This document shows, in pieces, positions 7,051 through 17,010 of a stretch of DNA of 28,744 bases. Location of the stretch: the IMG/VR virus record IMGVR_UViG_3300038379_000228, positions 1 through 28,744 of that record, one strand, 5' to 3'. This stretch comes from a virus (Duplodnaviria > Caudoviricetes). Position 1 is the first letter of the stretch; each line of letters starts with the position of its first letter. The notes beneath the pieces were generated by a model. It made no database searches, was not told the DNA's origin, and saw only the letters and a program-made list of their open reading frames with translations. The position numbers and the translations under genes were made by a program.

Positions 7051-8639
7051 ACGCGTCGGTACCCCTGATCGAGGTCGCAGATCGCGTCCCCGACGCGCCC
7101 TGGGCATGGAAGTACCCGCACGACCCGGAGCAATGGGACGACCAGATCTGGCGCCTGCACAACCTGTACTACGTGGTCGACAAATATGGCTACCGGGTGA
7201 AGTTCCGTCCGAATTGGGCTCAGATCGACCTGCTCGAGAAGATGTGGTTCACCAACGTGATCCTGAAAGCGCGGCAGCTCGGGTTCACCACGTTCATCGA
7301 CCTGTTGCTGCTCGACAACTGCATCTGGCAGCCCGACAAGAGGGCCGGCATCATCTGCCACGCCCTGCCGGATGCCGCCGTCATCTTCCGTGACAAGGTC
7401 AAGTTTCCGTTCGACAACCTGCCCGACGAGATCAAGGAACGGGCCGCGCCCAAGCTCGACTCTGCCAACGAGCTGCTGTTTGCCAATAACTCGAGCATCC
7501 GCGTCGGCACATCGATGCGTTCCGGCACGTTCAACTACCTGCACATTTCCGAGTACGGCAAGTTATGCGCCAGGACACCGGACAAGGCCCGTGAAGTCAG
7601 GACCGGAGCGCTCAATACCGTGCAGGCCGGCCAGCTGGTATTCATCGAGTCGACCGCAGAAGGGCGGGCAGGACACTTTTTCGAGTTGTGCCAGACCAGC
7701 GAGAAGCTCGCCCGTTCCGGCAAGACGCTAACTGCACTCGATTACAAGTTCCATTTTTACCCGTGGTGGCAGCACCCGGACTACGTGCTCGAGGCCGCGG
7801 ACGGGGAGTACTTCATCAGCGCCGAGCTCGCCGAGTACTTTCATGAACTCGAGGTCAAGGAAGGCATCGTGCTCTCCGAGGCGCGCCGCTTCTGGTACTT
7901 CAAGAAGTCGATCGAGCAGGGCGAGGACATGCGCCGGGAGTATCCATCGACCTCCGCCGAGGCGTTCCAGGCCAGCGTCGAGGGCGCCTACTACCGCAAG
8001 GACATGCTGAAAGCGCGTTCCGAGCGGCGCATCAAGACGGTCCCGTACATCCGCGACATCCCGGTCAATACGTTCTGGGATCTCGGTTTCAACGACTTCA
8101 ACGCGATCTGGTTCCACCAGCAGGTCGGTACCGAGCACCGTTTCATCGACTACCTGCAGGACAGCGGGGAAGCCGACGTGTTCTACGCGAAGAAACTGCA
8201 GGAGCGGCCGTACGTGTACGGCACCCACTACCTGCCGCACGACGCTGACCAGCACTGGAAGGACGGGAACACCGCTTACGATCGTTACCGCAAGCTGTTG
8301 CGCGGCATGGGCCGGGTGCAGACCGTGACGAAAGTGGCGGAAAACCGCCTCGGGGTGTCCGCGGTGCGCGCCATCCTGCCGCAGTGCTGGTTCGACGAGC
8401 AGAAATGTGAGGTCGGCATCGGCGCGCTCGACCTGTTTCGCAAGGAGTGGGACGAGAAGAACGGCTGCTGGAAGGAGACCTACAAGCACGACGACGCTTC
8501 GCACGGCGCCAAGGCTTTCGAGGGCTTCGCGCGCACCTTTGAGGCCATTCCCGGAGCTGCGCAGACCCTTCCTGGCGCACGCACCCGCGGCTGGCGGTCA
8601 CGCAAGAACCGTGGCCGGCGTAGTTACATGACCGTCTAG
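7047..8639 (+). CDS. terL: terminase large subunit
   Basis: Walker A ILKARQLGFTT, Walker B LHISEYG, coupling motif FIESTAEG, nuclease WDLGFND, YLPHD, HDDASHGA. Confidence 0.95.
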   Translation: MNASVPLIEVADRVPDAPWAWKYPHDPEQWDDQIWRLHNLYYVVDKYGYRVKFRPNWAQIDLLEKMWFTNVILKARQLGFTTFIDLLLLDNCIWQPDKRAGIICHALPDAAVIFRDKVKFPFDNLPDEIKERAAPKLDSANELLFANNSSIRVGTSMRSGTFNYLHISEYGKLCARTPDKAREVRTGALNTVQAGQLVFIESTAEGRAGHFFELCQTSEKLARSGKTLTALDYKFHFYPWWQHPDYVLEAADGEYFISAELAEYFHELEVKEGIVLSEARRFWYFKKSIEQGEDMRREYPSTSAEAFQASVEGAYYRKDMLKARSERRIKTVPYIRDIPVNTFWDLGFNDFNAIWFHQQVGTEHRFIDYLQDSGEADVFYAKKLQERPYVYGTHYLPHDADQHWKDGNTAYDRYRKLLRGMGRVQTVTKVAENRLGVSAVRAILPQCWFDEQKCEVGIGALDLFRKEWDEKNGCWKETYKHDDASHGAKAFEGFARTFEAIPGAAQTLPGARTRGWRSRKNRGRRSYMTV

Positions 8640-8648
8640 GAGATCCGC

Positions 8649-8840
8649 GTGAGACTCTGGCGTTACCACATACTGAGGGTCGAAGTGCTGCGCGAGGAAT
8701 GCGCCAGGGCTACCGAGATCTGGCGTGACGGGCATCGCGTCGCGTCCTTGTGCGATGACGATGTTTTCACCGCCCTGGTGGTCGGCATCATCACCGGCTT
8801 CGGGGTTGCGCTCCTGATGCGCAACGTCATCACGGAGTAG
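8649..8840 (+). CDS. small membrane protein
   Basis: AGGAG SD, GTG start, C-terminal hydrophobic segment. Confidence 0.6.
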   Translation: MRLWRYHILRVEVLREECARATEIWRDGHRVASLCDDDVFTALVVGIITGFGVALLMRNVITE

Positions 8841-8842
8841 CC

Positions 8843-9103
8843 ATGGCCATCTTCATCCGTCGCGACGTCACCCAGGAATCGATCGGCACCGTGACCGCCG
8901 AGATCGACTGGAAGCGCAAGATCGTCACGCTGCACGGCAAGGACGGACGCGCTCTCGACCCGCGCGAAGTCGAGACCATGAAGCGCTTTCTTGCCTACCA
9001 CCACCCGGACATCGTGAATCGCCATGGCCTTGCAACCGGCTGGGCGATCACCGGAGAGATCGACGTTCCATTCGACGACCTACCTGCAGGAGCCAGATCA
9101 TGA
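8843..9103 (+). CDS. hypothetical protein
   Basis: GGAG SD; in operon. Confidence 0.65.
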   Translation: MAIFIRRDVTQESIGTVTAEIDWKRKIVTLHGKDGRALDPREVETMKRFLAYHHPDIVNRHGLATGWAITGEIDVPFDDLPAGARS

Positions 9104-9747
9104 AATTCAAACCCTACGACCAGGTGCGCTGGTACGACATCGCGTGCTGCGTGTTGTTTTTCCTCATCGCGCTGTACGCGGCATCCACCTGGGCGCAAAC
9201 CGCCGGCACGCTCACCCTGAACCTGTCGCAGACCACGCGCAGCGACGGCAAGGTGGACGTGTCGCTCACCTGGAGCACGCAGCCCTCGGCGAAAAGCTGC
9301 GAATCGAGCGGCGCGTGGACTGGCTCGCGCAGCGTGAACCGCTCGACGCCGCTGGTATTCACCGCAGTCACGCCGCCAGCCGATTACACGCTGACCTGCC
9401 TGTGGGATGATCCGAATGGTCTGGCAACGCTGACCTGGATCCCGCCCACCGAGAACACCGACGGCTCGCCGTTGACCAATCTCGCCGGCTACCGGATCTA
9501 CTACGGCACCAGCGCCACGCAACTCGGAACGCAGGTTGCCATCACTGACCCGGCCATCGTCCGCCACGAGATCAAGCCGCTGGTGACTGGTACCTGGTTC
9601 TTCGCGATGACGGCGCTCAACACCGCCGGTACTGAAAGCGTGCGCTCCGCCACGGTCTCCAAGGTCGTGACCGGCACGACGGTCTCGAAGACCGTGCGCG
9701 CGACGGTCGCGATGCCGAATGCGCCGAGCGGGGTGGCCGTCAACTAG
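9100..9747 (+). CDS. secreted fibronectin type III domain protein
   Basis: Hydrophobic stretch ending ASTWA-Q (signal peptide-like); FN3-like ATLTWIPPTENTDGSPLTNLAGYRIYYGTS..GTWFFAMTALN..G.ES. Confidence 0.8.
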   Translation: MKFKPYDQVRWYDIACCVLFFLIALYAASTWAQTAGTLTLNLSQTTRSDGKVDVSLTWSTQPSAKSCESSGAWTGSRSVNRSTPLVFTAVTPPADYTLTCLWDDPNGLATLTWIPPTENTDGSPLTNLAGYRIYYGTSATQLGTQVAITDPAIVRHEIKPLVTGTWFFAMTALNTAGTESVRSATVSKVVTGTTVSKTVRATVAMPNAPSGVAVN

Positions 9748-9832
9748 GTGTCAGGGGTCACGCCGATGTTGCATGCGCCCGTTCTCGAGCCTCCGTGGGT
9801 GTGTTCCGTGTGTGTGTCAGCCTGGACAGGCG

Positions 9833-10090
9833 ATGGGAACTCGGCGTGACCCCGCTTCAAGAGTCGTTCGCCTTGCCCGCGAGCGATGGCCGTCGCATCC
9901 ATTCGGGCCGCGTGACCTGCGCAAACTCATGGATCCGAACGGCTGGCCGCAGGAGATCGACTTTTCGCGCGCGCCTATCGCTGCCTATGCCGAGTCGTTC
10001 GATCGCTTGCGGCGCGGCAAGAACGCCACCAATGAGTTGCGCGGTGGCGCGCTGCGGCAGCGATGGAAGGGCCTCAGACTTGTAACGTGA
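9833..10090 (+). CDS. hypothetical basic protein
   Basis: ATG 9833 after GGACAGG; fills gap on the coding strand. Confidence 0.5.
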   Translation: MGTRRDPASRVVRLARERWPSHPFGPRDLRKLMDPNGWPQEIDFSRAPIAAYAESFDRLRRGKNATNELRGGALRQRWKGLRLVT

Positions 10091-10165
10091 GTCTCAATTT
10101 CAGAGAATTCATGCGCTTGGCGATGAATTCATGTTGAATGCCCCGTGCGGGGCCAGGAGCACTGT

Positions 10166-10333
10166 ATGGGATGTGGCTGCCGTGAGCGTCGCGAACGCAT
10201 GAAACAACTTGCGGGCCAGGCCGTCGCCGGCGTGAAAAGCGTGTTTCAACACAGCCCTCCCGGATCAGGACAGGCGAATGCGCTGTTGCAGCGCCAACGA
10301 CTAGGCGCGTTGTTCGCCAGGCGCAAGCCATGA
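10166..10333 (+). CDS. small protein with MGCGC..RR N-terminus
   Basis: AGGAG SD, ATG 10166, ATGA overlap with next gene. Confidence 0.6.
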   Translation: MGCGCRERRERMKQLAGQAVAGVKSVFQHSPPGSGQANALLQRQRLGALFARRKP

Positions 10334-10746
10334 GTGCCCCCGTTCTCGGCGAGCGCCGCTTCGGCGACATCCTGGTGCGTTTCCACTACATCAACCTGAC
10401 GCCGCAAGAGATCGGCGCCGAACATGAACCGGCTATCTTCGTGACACGCCCAGAGTGGTCTGGTGCGCACAGTGCCTACGTGATCCCGGAATCTACAGCC
10501 CATCAGTGGGTGAGTTCAGGCAAGCAGGGCGGCCCGAGTGCCCATGCCATCCACGAAAGCGCGCGCATCGCGCGCATGCTCGGTCTCACCGTGGATCGGC
10601 GCACGGTATTCCGCATCGTCGAAGCGGTACTTGACTGTATTCCCGACCTGCTCGACATGCCGCCGTGGCAGCCGCCGCAGCGCGTGGTCGGTGAGTTCGA
10701 TGCCAACATGGGCGGCAAGCGGATTAATGGAGCGTTGCTCACATGA
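10330..10746 (+). CDS. conserved-looking phage protein upstream of portal
   Basis: EPAI..AYVIP..A..W..IA..LG..F.I...V.D.IPDL..MPP; position before portal. Confidence 0.75.
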   Translation: MSAPVLGERRFGDILVRFHYINLTPQEIGAEHEPAIFVTRPEWSGAHSAYVIPESTAHQWVSSGKQGGPSAHAIHESARIARMLGLTVDRRTVFRIVEAVLDCIPDLLDMPPWQPPQRVVGEFDANMGGKRINGALLT

Positions 10747-10770
10747 CAAGGATGGCGCAAGGACAGTGAA

Positions 10771-13071
10771 GTGAGCGCAGTCTTCGACATGGTGAAGCAG
10801 ACGGGGCCGGTCATCAGCCTCGATCAACGCTATGGCGACCGCCAAGGTAACCAGCCGCAGGGCCACATCCTCGACAGTGAACCATATCGCGCTCGTTTCG
10901 CCACGTTGCAGGACTGGTGGACCGAGACCCGTCAGCATCACGCCTACAACCGCTACGAGCAGAGCGTCGACGAGGACTTCTACGATGGCCTGCAGTGGCG
11001 CGACGACGATGTTGTCGCGTTGCAGGAGCGCGGACAGTTTCCTTCGGTCTTCAATGTCATCGCGCAGCACATCAATTGGGTGCTTGGCACCGAACGGCGC
11101 ACTCGTGTCGACTTCCGGGTGCTGTCCCGTGACGGCAAGGACGAGCCTGGCGCACGCATCAAGACTTCGGTACTCAAGTATCTGACTGACACCAATAAGG
11201 GCGCCTGGCATCGCAGCTTTGCCTTTGCCGATGCCGTCAAGGTGGGTGTCGGCTGGCTCGAGGACGGTGCTCGTGCAGATCCGTTCGACGAGCCGATCTT
11301 CTCGCGTCGCGAGTCGTGGCGGAACATCTGGTGGGATGCGATGGCCGTCGAACCGGACCTGTCGGACGCGCGCTACCTGTTCCGGGTGCGCTGGACCGAC
11401 ACCGACATCGCCAAGGCGATGTTCAAGGACCGGCAGGCCGCCATCGAGGCGAGTTCGCGCAGCGATGACCTGCTGCACTTCGAGGACGACAGCGAGCTGA
11501 TCGGCTACACCGGATTGTACGGACAGCCGGTCAGCGACCGACAGACCCTGGCGACCGGCACGTCGTTCATGGACTCCACGTTCAACATCGGCACCCGCCG
11601 GCGCCGTAACAAGCTGATCGAGTGCTGGTACCGGATGCCTGCCGAAGTGCAGGTGGTGCGACCGCAGCCGGTATCCATTCTGAGCCAGGAGTTCCAGAAC
11701 GATCTGCAGTCCATCCGCGGTATGGAATATGACGCTGCAGATCCGATGATGAAGCAGCTGGTCGATGAGGGCCTCGCCAGCGTCTACGACGCGGTGCGCA
11801 TGAAGGTGCGCTGCGCGATCTGGTCAGGGAATTACCTGCTGCAGGACACGGAAAGCGTCTACCGGCACGATCGTTTCCCGTTCACGCCGATCTGGGCGTA
11901 TCGCCGCGGCCGCGACAACATGCCTTACGGGCCGATCCGCAACATGCGCGACCCGCAGGAAGACCTGAACAAACGGCGCAGCAAGGCCCTGTTCCTGATC
12001 TCTGCGAACCAGTTGATCGCCGACGACGACGCGTTCGAGGATTGGGACGAGGCGGCCGATGAGGTCAGCCGGCCGGACGGGGTGCTCAAGAAGAAGCGCG
12101 GCGCAGATGTCGAGATCCAGCGCAACCTCGAGCTCGCTCAGGAACACGTCGACCTGATGGAGCAGGATATGCGCTTCCTGCAGGCCGCGTCAGGCGTCAC
12201 CGAGGAAAACCGCGGCGAAGTCACCAACACCAACTCCGGTGCGGCGATCGACATGCGCCAGCGCCAGGGCAGCGTGGTGAGCGCGGCGCTGTTCGACAAC
12301 CTGCGGCTCGCGATCCAGTTGCAGGGCGAGCAGCAACTGTCACTGGTCGAGCAGTTCATGGCCGAGCCGACGATCATCCTGATCTCGGATCTCAAGAACA
12401 TCCCGCATTACGAGCACATCAACTGGCCGACAGTGAACGGCGAGGGGTACATCGACGTCGAGAACCCGATCACCGCAACCGGGGCCCGGTTCGTGGTCGA
12501 TGCGCAGGCGTTCCGCGAGACCGCGCGTGCCGCCATGTTCGAGCAGTCCATGAATTCGATTCAGACGCTCGACAAGCAGCACCAGATCATGCTACTGGAT
12601 CTGGCTTACGACCTGTCGGACGTGCCGAACAAGGACGAGTGGGTGCATCGCATCCGCCGCATCAACAAGCAGATCGATCCGAACGATCCGCTGCGCGCCG
12701 AGAAGGAAGCCGCACTCGATGCTGCCGACAACGAACGTGCCGATCGCGAAGCGCGCCTGGCTGAGGCGGAAATTGCCCTCAAGCAGGGTACCGCCGACAA
12801 GGCCGATGCGCAGGCGACCACCGCGCGTGGCGACACCACGCAGCGCGCTGCCGAGGTCATGGCCGTGCTGGCCGGCAACCCGGAACTCGCGCGCGCCGTC
12901 GATATCCTGGTCGACGCATGGCAGCAACGCGGGAGCCCGCAGCCGGAAGCCGGCATGGCGGTGGCCGTCGGCCCCGCCGAAGTGCCGGCGGCGGCTCCTG
13001 ATGCCAAGCCGAGCCAGCCGACCCCAGGATCGCCGCAAGCGAACGCCAAGTCGTTTGCGGCATCGTCATAA
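10771..13071 (+). CDS. portal protein (P22 gp1-like)
   Basis: 766 aa; DEDFYDGLQW..L.ERGQ.P.VFN.I...INWVLG.E, GVGW, YG.IRNMRDPQ..LNKRRSK, SG.AI..RQ.QG. Confidence 0.92.
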   Translation: MSAVFDMVKQTGPVISLDQRYGDRQGNQPQGHILDSEPYRARFATLQDWWTETRQHHAYNRYEQSVDEDFYDGLQWRDDDVVALQERGQFPSVFNVIAQHINWVLGTERRTRVDFRVLSRDGKDEPGARIKTSVLKYLTDTNKGAWHRSFAFADAVKVGVGWLEDGARADPFDEPIFSRRESWRNIWWDAMAVEPDLSDARYLFRVRWTDTDIAKAMFKDRQAAIEASSRSDDLLHFEDDSELIGYTGLYGQPVSDRQTLATGTSFMDSTFNIGTRRRRNKLIECWYRMPAEVQVVRPQPVSILSQEFQNDLQSIRGMEYDAADPMMKQLVDEGLASVYDAVRMKVRCAIWSGNYLLQDTESVYRHDRFPFTPIWAYRRGRDNMPYGPIRNMRDPQEDLNKRRSKALFLISANQLIADDDAFEDWDEAADEVSRPDGVLKKKRGADVEIQRNLELAQEHVDLMEQDMRFLQAASGVTEENRGEVTNTNSGAAIDMRQRQGSVVSAALFDNLRLAIQLQGEQQLSLVEQFMAEPTIILISDLKNIPHYEHINWPTVNGEGYIDVENPITATGARFVVDAQAFRETARAAMFEQSMNSIQTLDKQHQIMLLDLAYDLSDVPNKDEWVHRIRRINKQIDPNDPLRAEKEAALDAADNERADREARLAEAEIALKQGTADKADAQATTARGDTTQRAAEVMAVLAGNPELARAVDILVDAWQQRGSPQPEAGMAVAVGPAEVPAAAPDAKPSQPTPGSPQANAKSFAASS

Positions 13072-13094
13072 CTTCGCATGAGTGGAGAGCCAAG

Positions 13095-14081
13095 ATGAGC
13101 AACGATGACAAGTACCCGAATATCAACCTGTCAGATGCCGAGCGCGAAGCGCTCGACGAGGCCGAGGCGGAAGGCGAGGACGGCGAGCTCAAGGGCGACG
13201 ACGGCGCCGACGTCACCGATACCAAGGCCGGCGCCGCGGCTGAGAAGCCTGACGAGGCCAAGCCAGCCGAGGACGCCAGCAAGCCAGCGGAGCAGCAAGC
13301 AGTAGCCGCTGCGGCGTCAGTGGCAGATGCAGGTAAACCAGCCGCGATACCGGCTGTCAAAGCGGATTATGAGGTCATACCGCCGCTGCGGCTGCCAGAA
13401 GTCGCGCTCAGTCGCGAGATCCCGAAAGCCGCGGATCTCGACGCGAACATGAAGGCGGTAGAAAAGGAACTGGCCGAACTCGACAAGAAACTGGACGACG
13501 GCGAGATCGAGACCAAGGACTACCATCGCGAGCTGCGCAAGCTCAGCGATCGCCGACAGGATATCCGCGACATGCAGAGCGAGATCGGTCTGGTCTCGCG
13601 CACCAACGAGTCGGCGCGCGTCGCCGCGTGGCGCAGCGCGCAGGATCAGTTCTACGACAAGAACCCGGACTTCAAGTCCTCGATCCTGCAGGGCGCGCTC
13701 GATGCGTCACTGCGCAACCTCTATGCGCAGCCCAAGTACGCCGGCGCCGACTACCTATGGCTGCTCAATCGGGCAGCCGCCGACGTGAATGCCGCCATCG
13801 GCCGGAATGCGCCGGCAGCCCCACCCGCAGGGGAGCCTCCGGCAGGTGGCAAGCCGGCACCGAAGGCGACGGACGCCGCCGCGCGCCAGGCGGCCAATGC
13901 GCAACGCGCGGCAGCCGACCGCAAGTCTGTGCCGACGACCCTCGGCGGGCTCCCGCAGGCCGGCGTCGATGCCCCGGGTGGTGACGAGTTCTCGCACTTG
14001 GATGGCCTGGCTGGCATGGAGCTCGAGAACGCGCTCAGCCGCATGACGCCCGAGCAGCAGTCCAAGTACTTGAGTATGTAG
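13095..14081 (+). CDS. capsid scaffolding protein
   Basis: Acidic, Ala/Pro-rich, coiled-coil; C-terminal P.TLG.LP..EF.HLD.L.G.ELE.AL..M; between portal and capsid. Confidence 0.75.
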   Translation: MSNDDKYPNINLSDAEREALDEAEAEGEDGELKGDDGADVTDTKAGAAAEKPDEAKPAEDASKPAEQQAVAAAASVADAGKPAAIPAVKADYEVIPPLRLPEVALSREIPKAADLDANMKAVEKELAELDKKLDDGEIETKDYHRELRKLSDRRQDIRDMQSEIGLVSRTNESARVAAWRSAQDQFYDKNPDFKSSILQGALDASLRNLYAQPKYAGADYLWLLNRAAADVNAAIGRNAPAAPPAGEPPAGGKPAPKATDAAARQAANAQRAAADRKSVPTTLGGLPQAGVDAPGGDEFSHLDGLAGMELENALSRMTPEQQSKYLSM

Positions 14082-14085
14082 GGAA

Positions 14086-14310
14086 ATGTCGCTTTTCCTC
14101 ACGGTTCGCCAGAACGAGACGGTGTACGTGGAGATCCCGTCGTCCTGTGGGGACGGCGGGCCTCCCGTGCTCGTCCAGATCGTGCTCCGCGAGAAGCGCG
14201 GGCGGACCGCGCGGCTGCAGTTCGACGCGCCGCGCGAAGTCCATGTAGACATTCAACCTCGGGGTGCTGTAAAAGGTGCTCCGAAGCATGCTTTAATCCC
14301 GGTCGCATGA
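14086..14310 (+). CDS. CsrA/RsmA-like (carbon storage regulator-like) protein
   Basis: MSLFLTVRQNETVYV..VQIVLREKRGRTARLQFDAPREVHV parallels CsrA MLILTRRVGETLMI..V.V.VL...G.QVRIG..APKEVSV. Confidence 0.6.
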   Translation: MSLFLTVRQNETVYVEIPSSCGDGGPPVLVQIVLREKRGRTARLQFDAPREVHVDIQPRGAVKGAPKHALIPVA

Positions 14311-14341
14311 GTGACTGTTTCCGCATAGGAGATAGACACTC

Positions 14342-15463
14342 ATGGCACGGACCATCGTTGGCCTGAACGACCCCAAGGCCGTCAAGCGCTATTCGGCGTT
14401 CCTCGCGGTCGACACCGCCCGGGTGTCGTACTTCAACCGGAAGTTCACTGGTGTCGGTCCCGATTCGGGCATGCCGATCCAGATGCTCCCGCAACTCGAG
14501 AACGACGCCGGCGAGCAGATCACCTACGACCTCTCCGTCCAGCTGCGTCAGGCGCCGATCGAAGGCGACGACAAGCAGGAAGGCACCGAGGAAGCGCTCA
14601 AGTTCTACACCGACAGCATCTACATCGACCAGATGCGCGGTGGCGTGAACACCGGCGGGCGCATGACCCGCAAGCGCACGCTCCACAACCTGCGCAAGAT
14701 CGCGAAGAAGCGGCAGTCCGAATGGTGGGGCCGCGTGTTCGATGAGCTCTGGTTCATGTACCTCTCTGGTTCACGCGGTGCGAACACCGATTACATTTTC
14801 CCCACCAACTACACCGGCTTCGCGAACAATGCGTTTGCCACGCCGGACGCCGAACACGTCCTCTATGGCGGTGACGCGACCAGCTTCGCGACGATCTCAA
14901 ACAACGATCAGATCACGCTCGCGGTGATCGACAAGGCAGTGGTACGCGCCGAAATGATGGGCGGCGGCACGCAGGGCACCCCGCAGATCCAGCCGATCAT
15001 GATCGATGGCGAGGAACACTATGTCCTCGTCATGTCGCCATGGCAGGCCTATGACCTGCGCACCGCTACCTCGACAGGCCAGTGGCTCGACATCCAGAAG
15101 GCAGCAGCTGCTGCACAGGGCCACAGCAACCCGATCTTCAAGGGCGGCCTCGGCATGTACAACGACGTCGTGCTGCACAAGCACAAGGGCGTCATTCGCT
15201 TCACCAACGCGGGCGCGGACACCCTGCAGCCAGCGGCGCGCGCGCTGTTCCTGGGTGCGCAGGCCGGTGAGTGCGCATTTGGCTCGCCTGGCACCGGGCT
15301 CAGGTTCGACTGGCACGAGGAAACCCGCGACAACGGCAACGAGGTCGTGATTTCAACGAGCTCGATCTTCGGCTGCAAGAAGACGCGGTTCACGATCGAC
15401 GGTACCGCCAAGGACTTCGGCGTCATCGCGGTCGATACCTACTCGACCAACCCGGCTCCGTAA
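14342..15463 (+). CDS. major capsid protein, N4-gp56 family
   Basis: DPKAVKRYS..LA, LENDAGEQITYDLSVQL, EGTEEAL.FYTD.IYIDQ.R, MTRKRT.H.LR, NPIFKGGLGMYN.V.LH; AGGAGA SD. Confidence 0.92.
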   Translation: MARTIVGLNDPKAVKRYSAFLAVDTARVSYFNRKFTGVGPDSGMPIQMLPQLENDAGEQITYDLSVQLRQAPIEGDDKQEGTEEALKFYTDSIYIDQMRGGVNTGGRMTRKRTLHNLRKIAKKRQSEWWGRVFDELWFMYLSGSRGANTDYIFPTNYTGFANNAFATPDAEHVLYGGDATSFATISNNDQITLAVIDKAVVRAEMMGGGTQGTPQIQPIMIDGEEHYVLVMSPWQAYDLRTATSTGQWLDIQKAAAAAQGHSNPIFKGGLGMYNDVVLHKHKGVIRFTNAGADTLQPAARALFLGAQAGECAFGSPGTGLRFDWHEETRDNGNEVVISTSSIFGCKKTRFTIDGTAKDFGVIAVDTYSTNPAP

Positions 15464-15499
15464 TCGGCCGCCACCAACTGAATTGACAGGAGATCCACG

Positions 15500-16000
15500 A
15501 TGGCTGCAAGCGCACGTTCACACCCGCTGGCCGAGAACGCTGGCTATTCACTCTCCGGGACCGCCTCTCATGAGTGTGTCCCGCTGCGCGCGTCGGTCAC
15601 GCTGCCGGCGGACCACGAGCTCAACGACACGATCGCCCTGTTCAAGCTGCCGGCCGATGCGAAGATCCTCGACTGCATGCTGGTGGCGAGCGATCTCGAC
15701 TCGAACGGCGCGCCGGCGATCGCGCTCGATCTCGGCGTTATCGATACGGTGCAGGATCCGAGCGACACCACGGATGTCGACGCCTTGCTCGATGGTGTAA
15801 CGGTCGGGCAGACCGGCGGCATCGCTCGCATGACGCTCGCCACCGGCTACCGGGTTGCGGTACGTCCCTACGACCGGACCATTCGTCTGCTGATCGCGAC
15901 CGGCGCGGCCACCGCGCAGGCCGGCCAGGTGGACGTGGTCGTGTGGGTCAGCCCGAAGCAGGCGAACGGGAACGATAACGCGGTCACGATCGCCACGTAA
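15500..16000 (+). CDS. putative capsid decoration/cement protein
   Basis: Directly after MCP; beta-rich with DTI.L..LPA.A.I.D..DLDSNG.P....D.G. Confidence 0.65.
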   Translation: MAASARSHPLAENAGYSLSGTASHECVPLRASVTLPADHELNDTIALFKLPADAKILDCMLVASDLDSNGAPAIALDLGVIDTVQDPSDTTDVDALLDGVTVGQTGGIARMTLATGYRVAVRPYDRTIRLLIATGAATAQAGQVDVVVWVSPKQANGNDNAVTIAT

Positions 16001-16040
16001 GCTGCTGGCATCGCGACGGGCGGCTGTGGGTTGTCTGCCG

Positions 16041-16072
16041 GGGGCCCGCTTTGCTTCGGCGGGGCGGGCCCC
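16041..16072 (+). terminator. hairpin terminator after capsid genes
   Basis: GGGGCCCGCTTTGC-TTCG-GCGGGGCGGGCCCC (cUUCGg loop, G-U pairs); weak U-tract. Confidence 0.65.
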
Positions 16073-16141
16073 GATCTTTGATGGAGGACATGAGATTGAT
16101 GCAGGCGGGTCCGGTTATGACGCATAGCAGGCAGTGCATCC

Positions 16142-16900
16142 ATGGCTGAGGTGCTTGCGCCGCCTCCGTGGAACCTCGAGCAGCTCATCGAAGCCGCGCG
16201 CGAGCGCCTGGATGACCTGCCAGGGGACGTCGTTGATGCCGCCGTCGAGGACTGGAAGGCGAACGATGACGGCCTGCTGTGGACGAATTCCGAGCTCGCG
16301 CAGTACGCCGATGAGGCGCAATTCGAGATCGTCAGGCGCCGGCCCATCAAGGACAACACGACGGCTGCCATCACGCAGATCGCCGTGACTGCTGCGGCAC
16401 CGACGTACCCCTACCACGCCAGTATCCTGCAGATCGAGGACGCCTATTTCGTGGAGACGGTGGCTGGCACGCACCACGAGCTCGTCAAGCGCACCCACGC
16501 AGACATGCGTGACTTCCGGCCGCTGTGGCGCACCGATGAGGACGGCAAGCCGGACACCTACATCGAGGATCTGACCGAGCGCAGCGTTACGCTGTACCGC
16601 ACCCCAGACGTGGCTGGCACATTGTTCCTGACGGTCAGGCGGCTTCCCAAGTCCAGGCTCAACTGGAACTTCCGCAACGCCATGCTCGAATGTGCCGCTG
16701 AGCACCAGTACAACCTGCTCGACTGGATCCTGTACCGGGCCTACGCCAAGGATGACATCGAGACCCGCGATGAACGGCGCGCCAAGACCCACCTGGACGA
16801 ATTCAATGTGGCGATCGGCGTGCGGCCCAGCGCAGCGCGCGAACAGCTGCTGCGCAACGAACGCAATACCTACCGGCGCACACACGCGCAGTTCTTCTGA
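16142..16900 (+). CDS. putative head-tail adaptor protein
   Basis: LI..AR..LDD, LLW.NSEL..Y..EAQ, LLDWILYRAY.KDD.ET.D..RA..H...F; position after capsid genes. Confidence 0.7.
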   Translation: MAEVLAPPPWNLEQLIEAARERLDDLPGDVVDAAVEDWKANDDGLLWTNSELAQYADEAQFEIVRRRPIKDNTTAAITQIAVTAAAPTYPYHASILQIEDAYFVETVAGTHHELVKRTHADMRDFRPLWRTDEDGKPDTYIEDLTERSVTLYRTPDVAGTLFLTVRRLPKSRLNWNFRNAMLECAAEHQYNLLDWILYRAYAKDDIETRDERRAKTHLDEFNVAIGVRPSAAREQLLRNERNTYRRTHAQFF

Positions 16901-17010
16901 TGGACGTTCTGCTAATGGCCATCACATTCTTTCTCGTGATATCGAGTTACACGAACTACAACTCGGCGCCGGCCAGTCTTGCGACTATGCGTGGCGGGGC
17001 GAGTCTATGA
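16900..17010 (+). CDS. possible 36-aa hydrophobic peptide (not in ORF track)
   Basis: TGATG overlap upstream and ATGA overlap downstream; MDVLLMAITFFLVISS.. Confidence 0.35.
   Translation: MDVLLMAITFFLVISSYTNYNSAPASLATMRGGASL

Noticed and set aside
16692-17006. N-terminal extension of the 352-aa ORF
   Set aside because: Overlaps the adaptor gene out of frame; ATG 17007 is a better start
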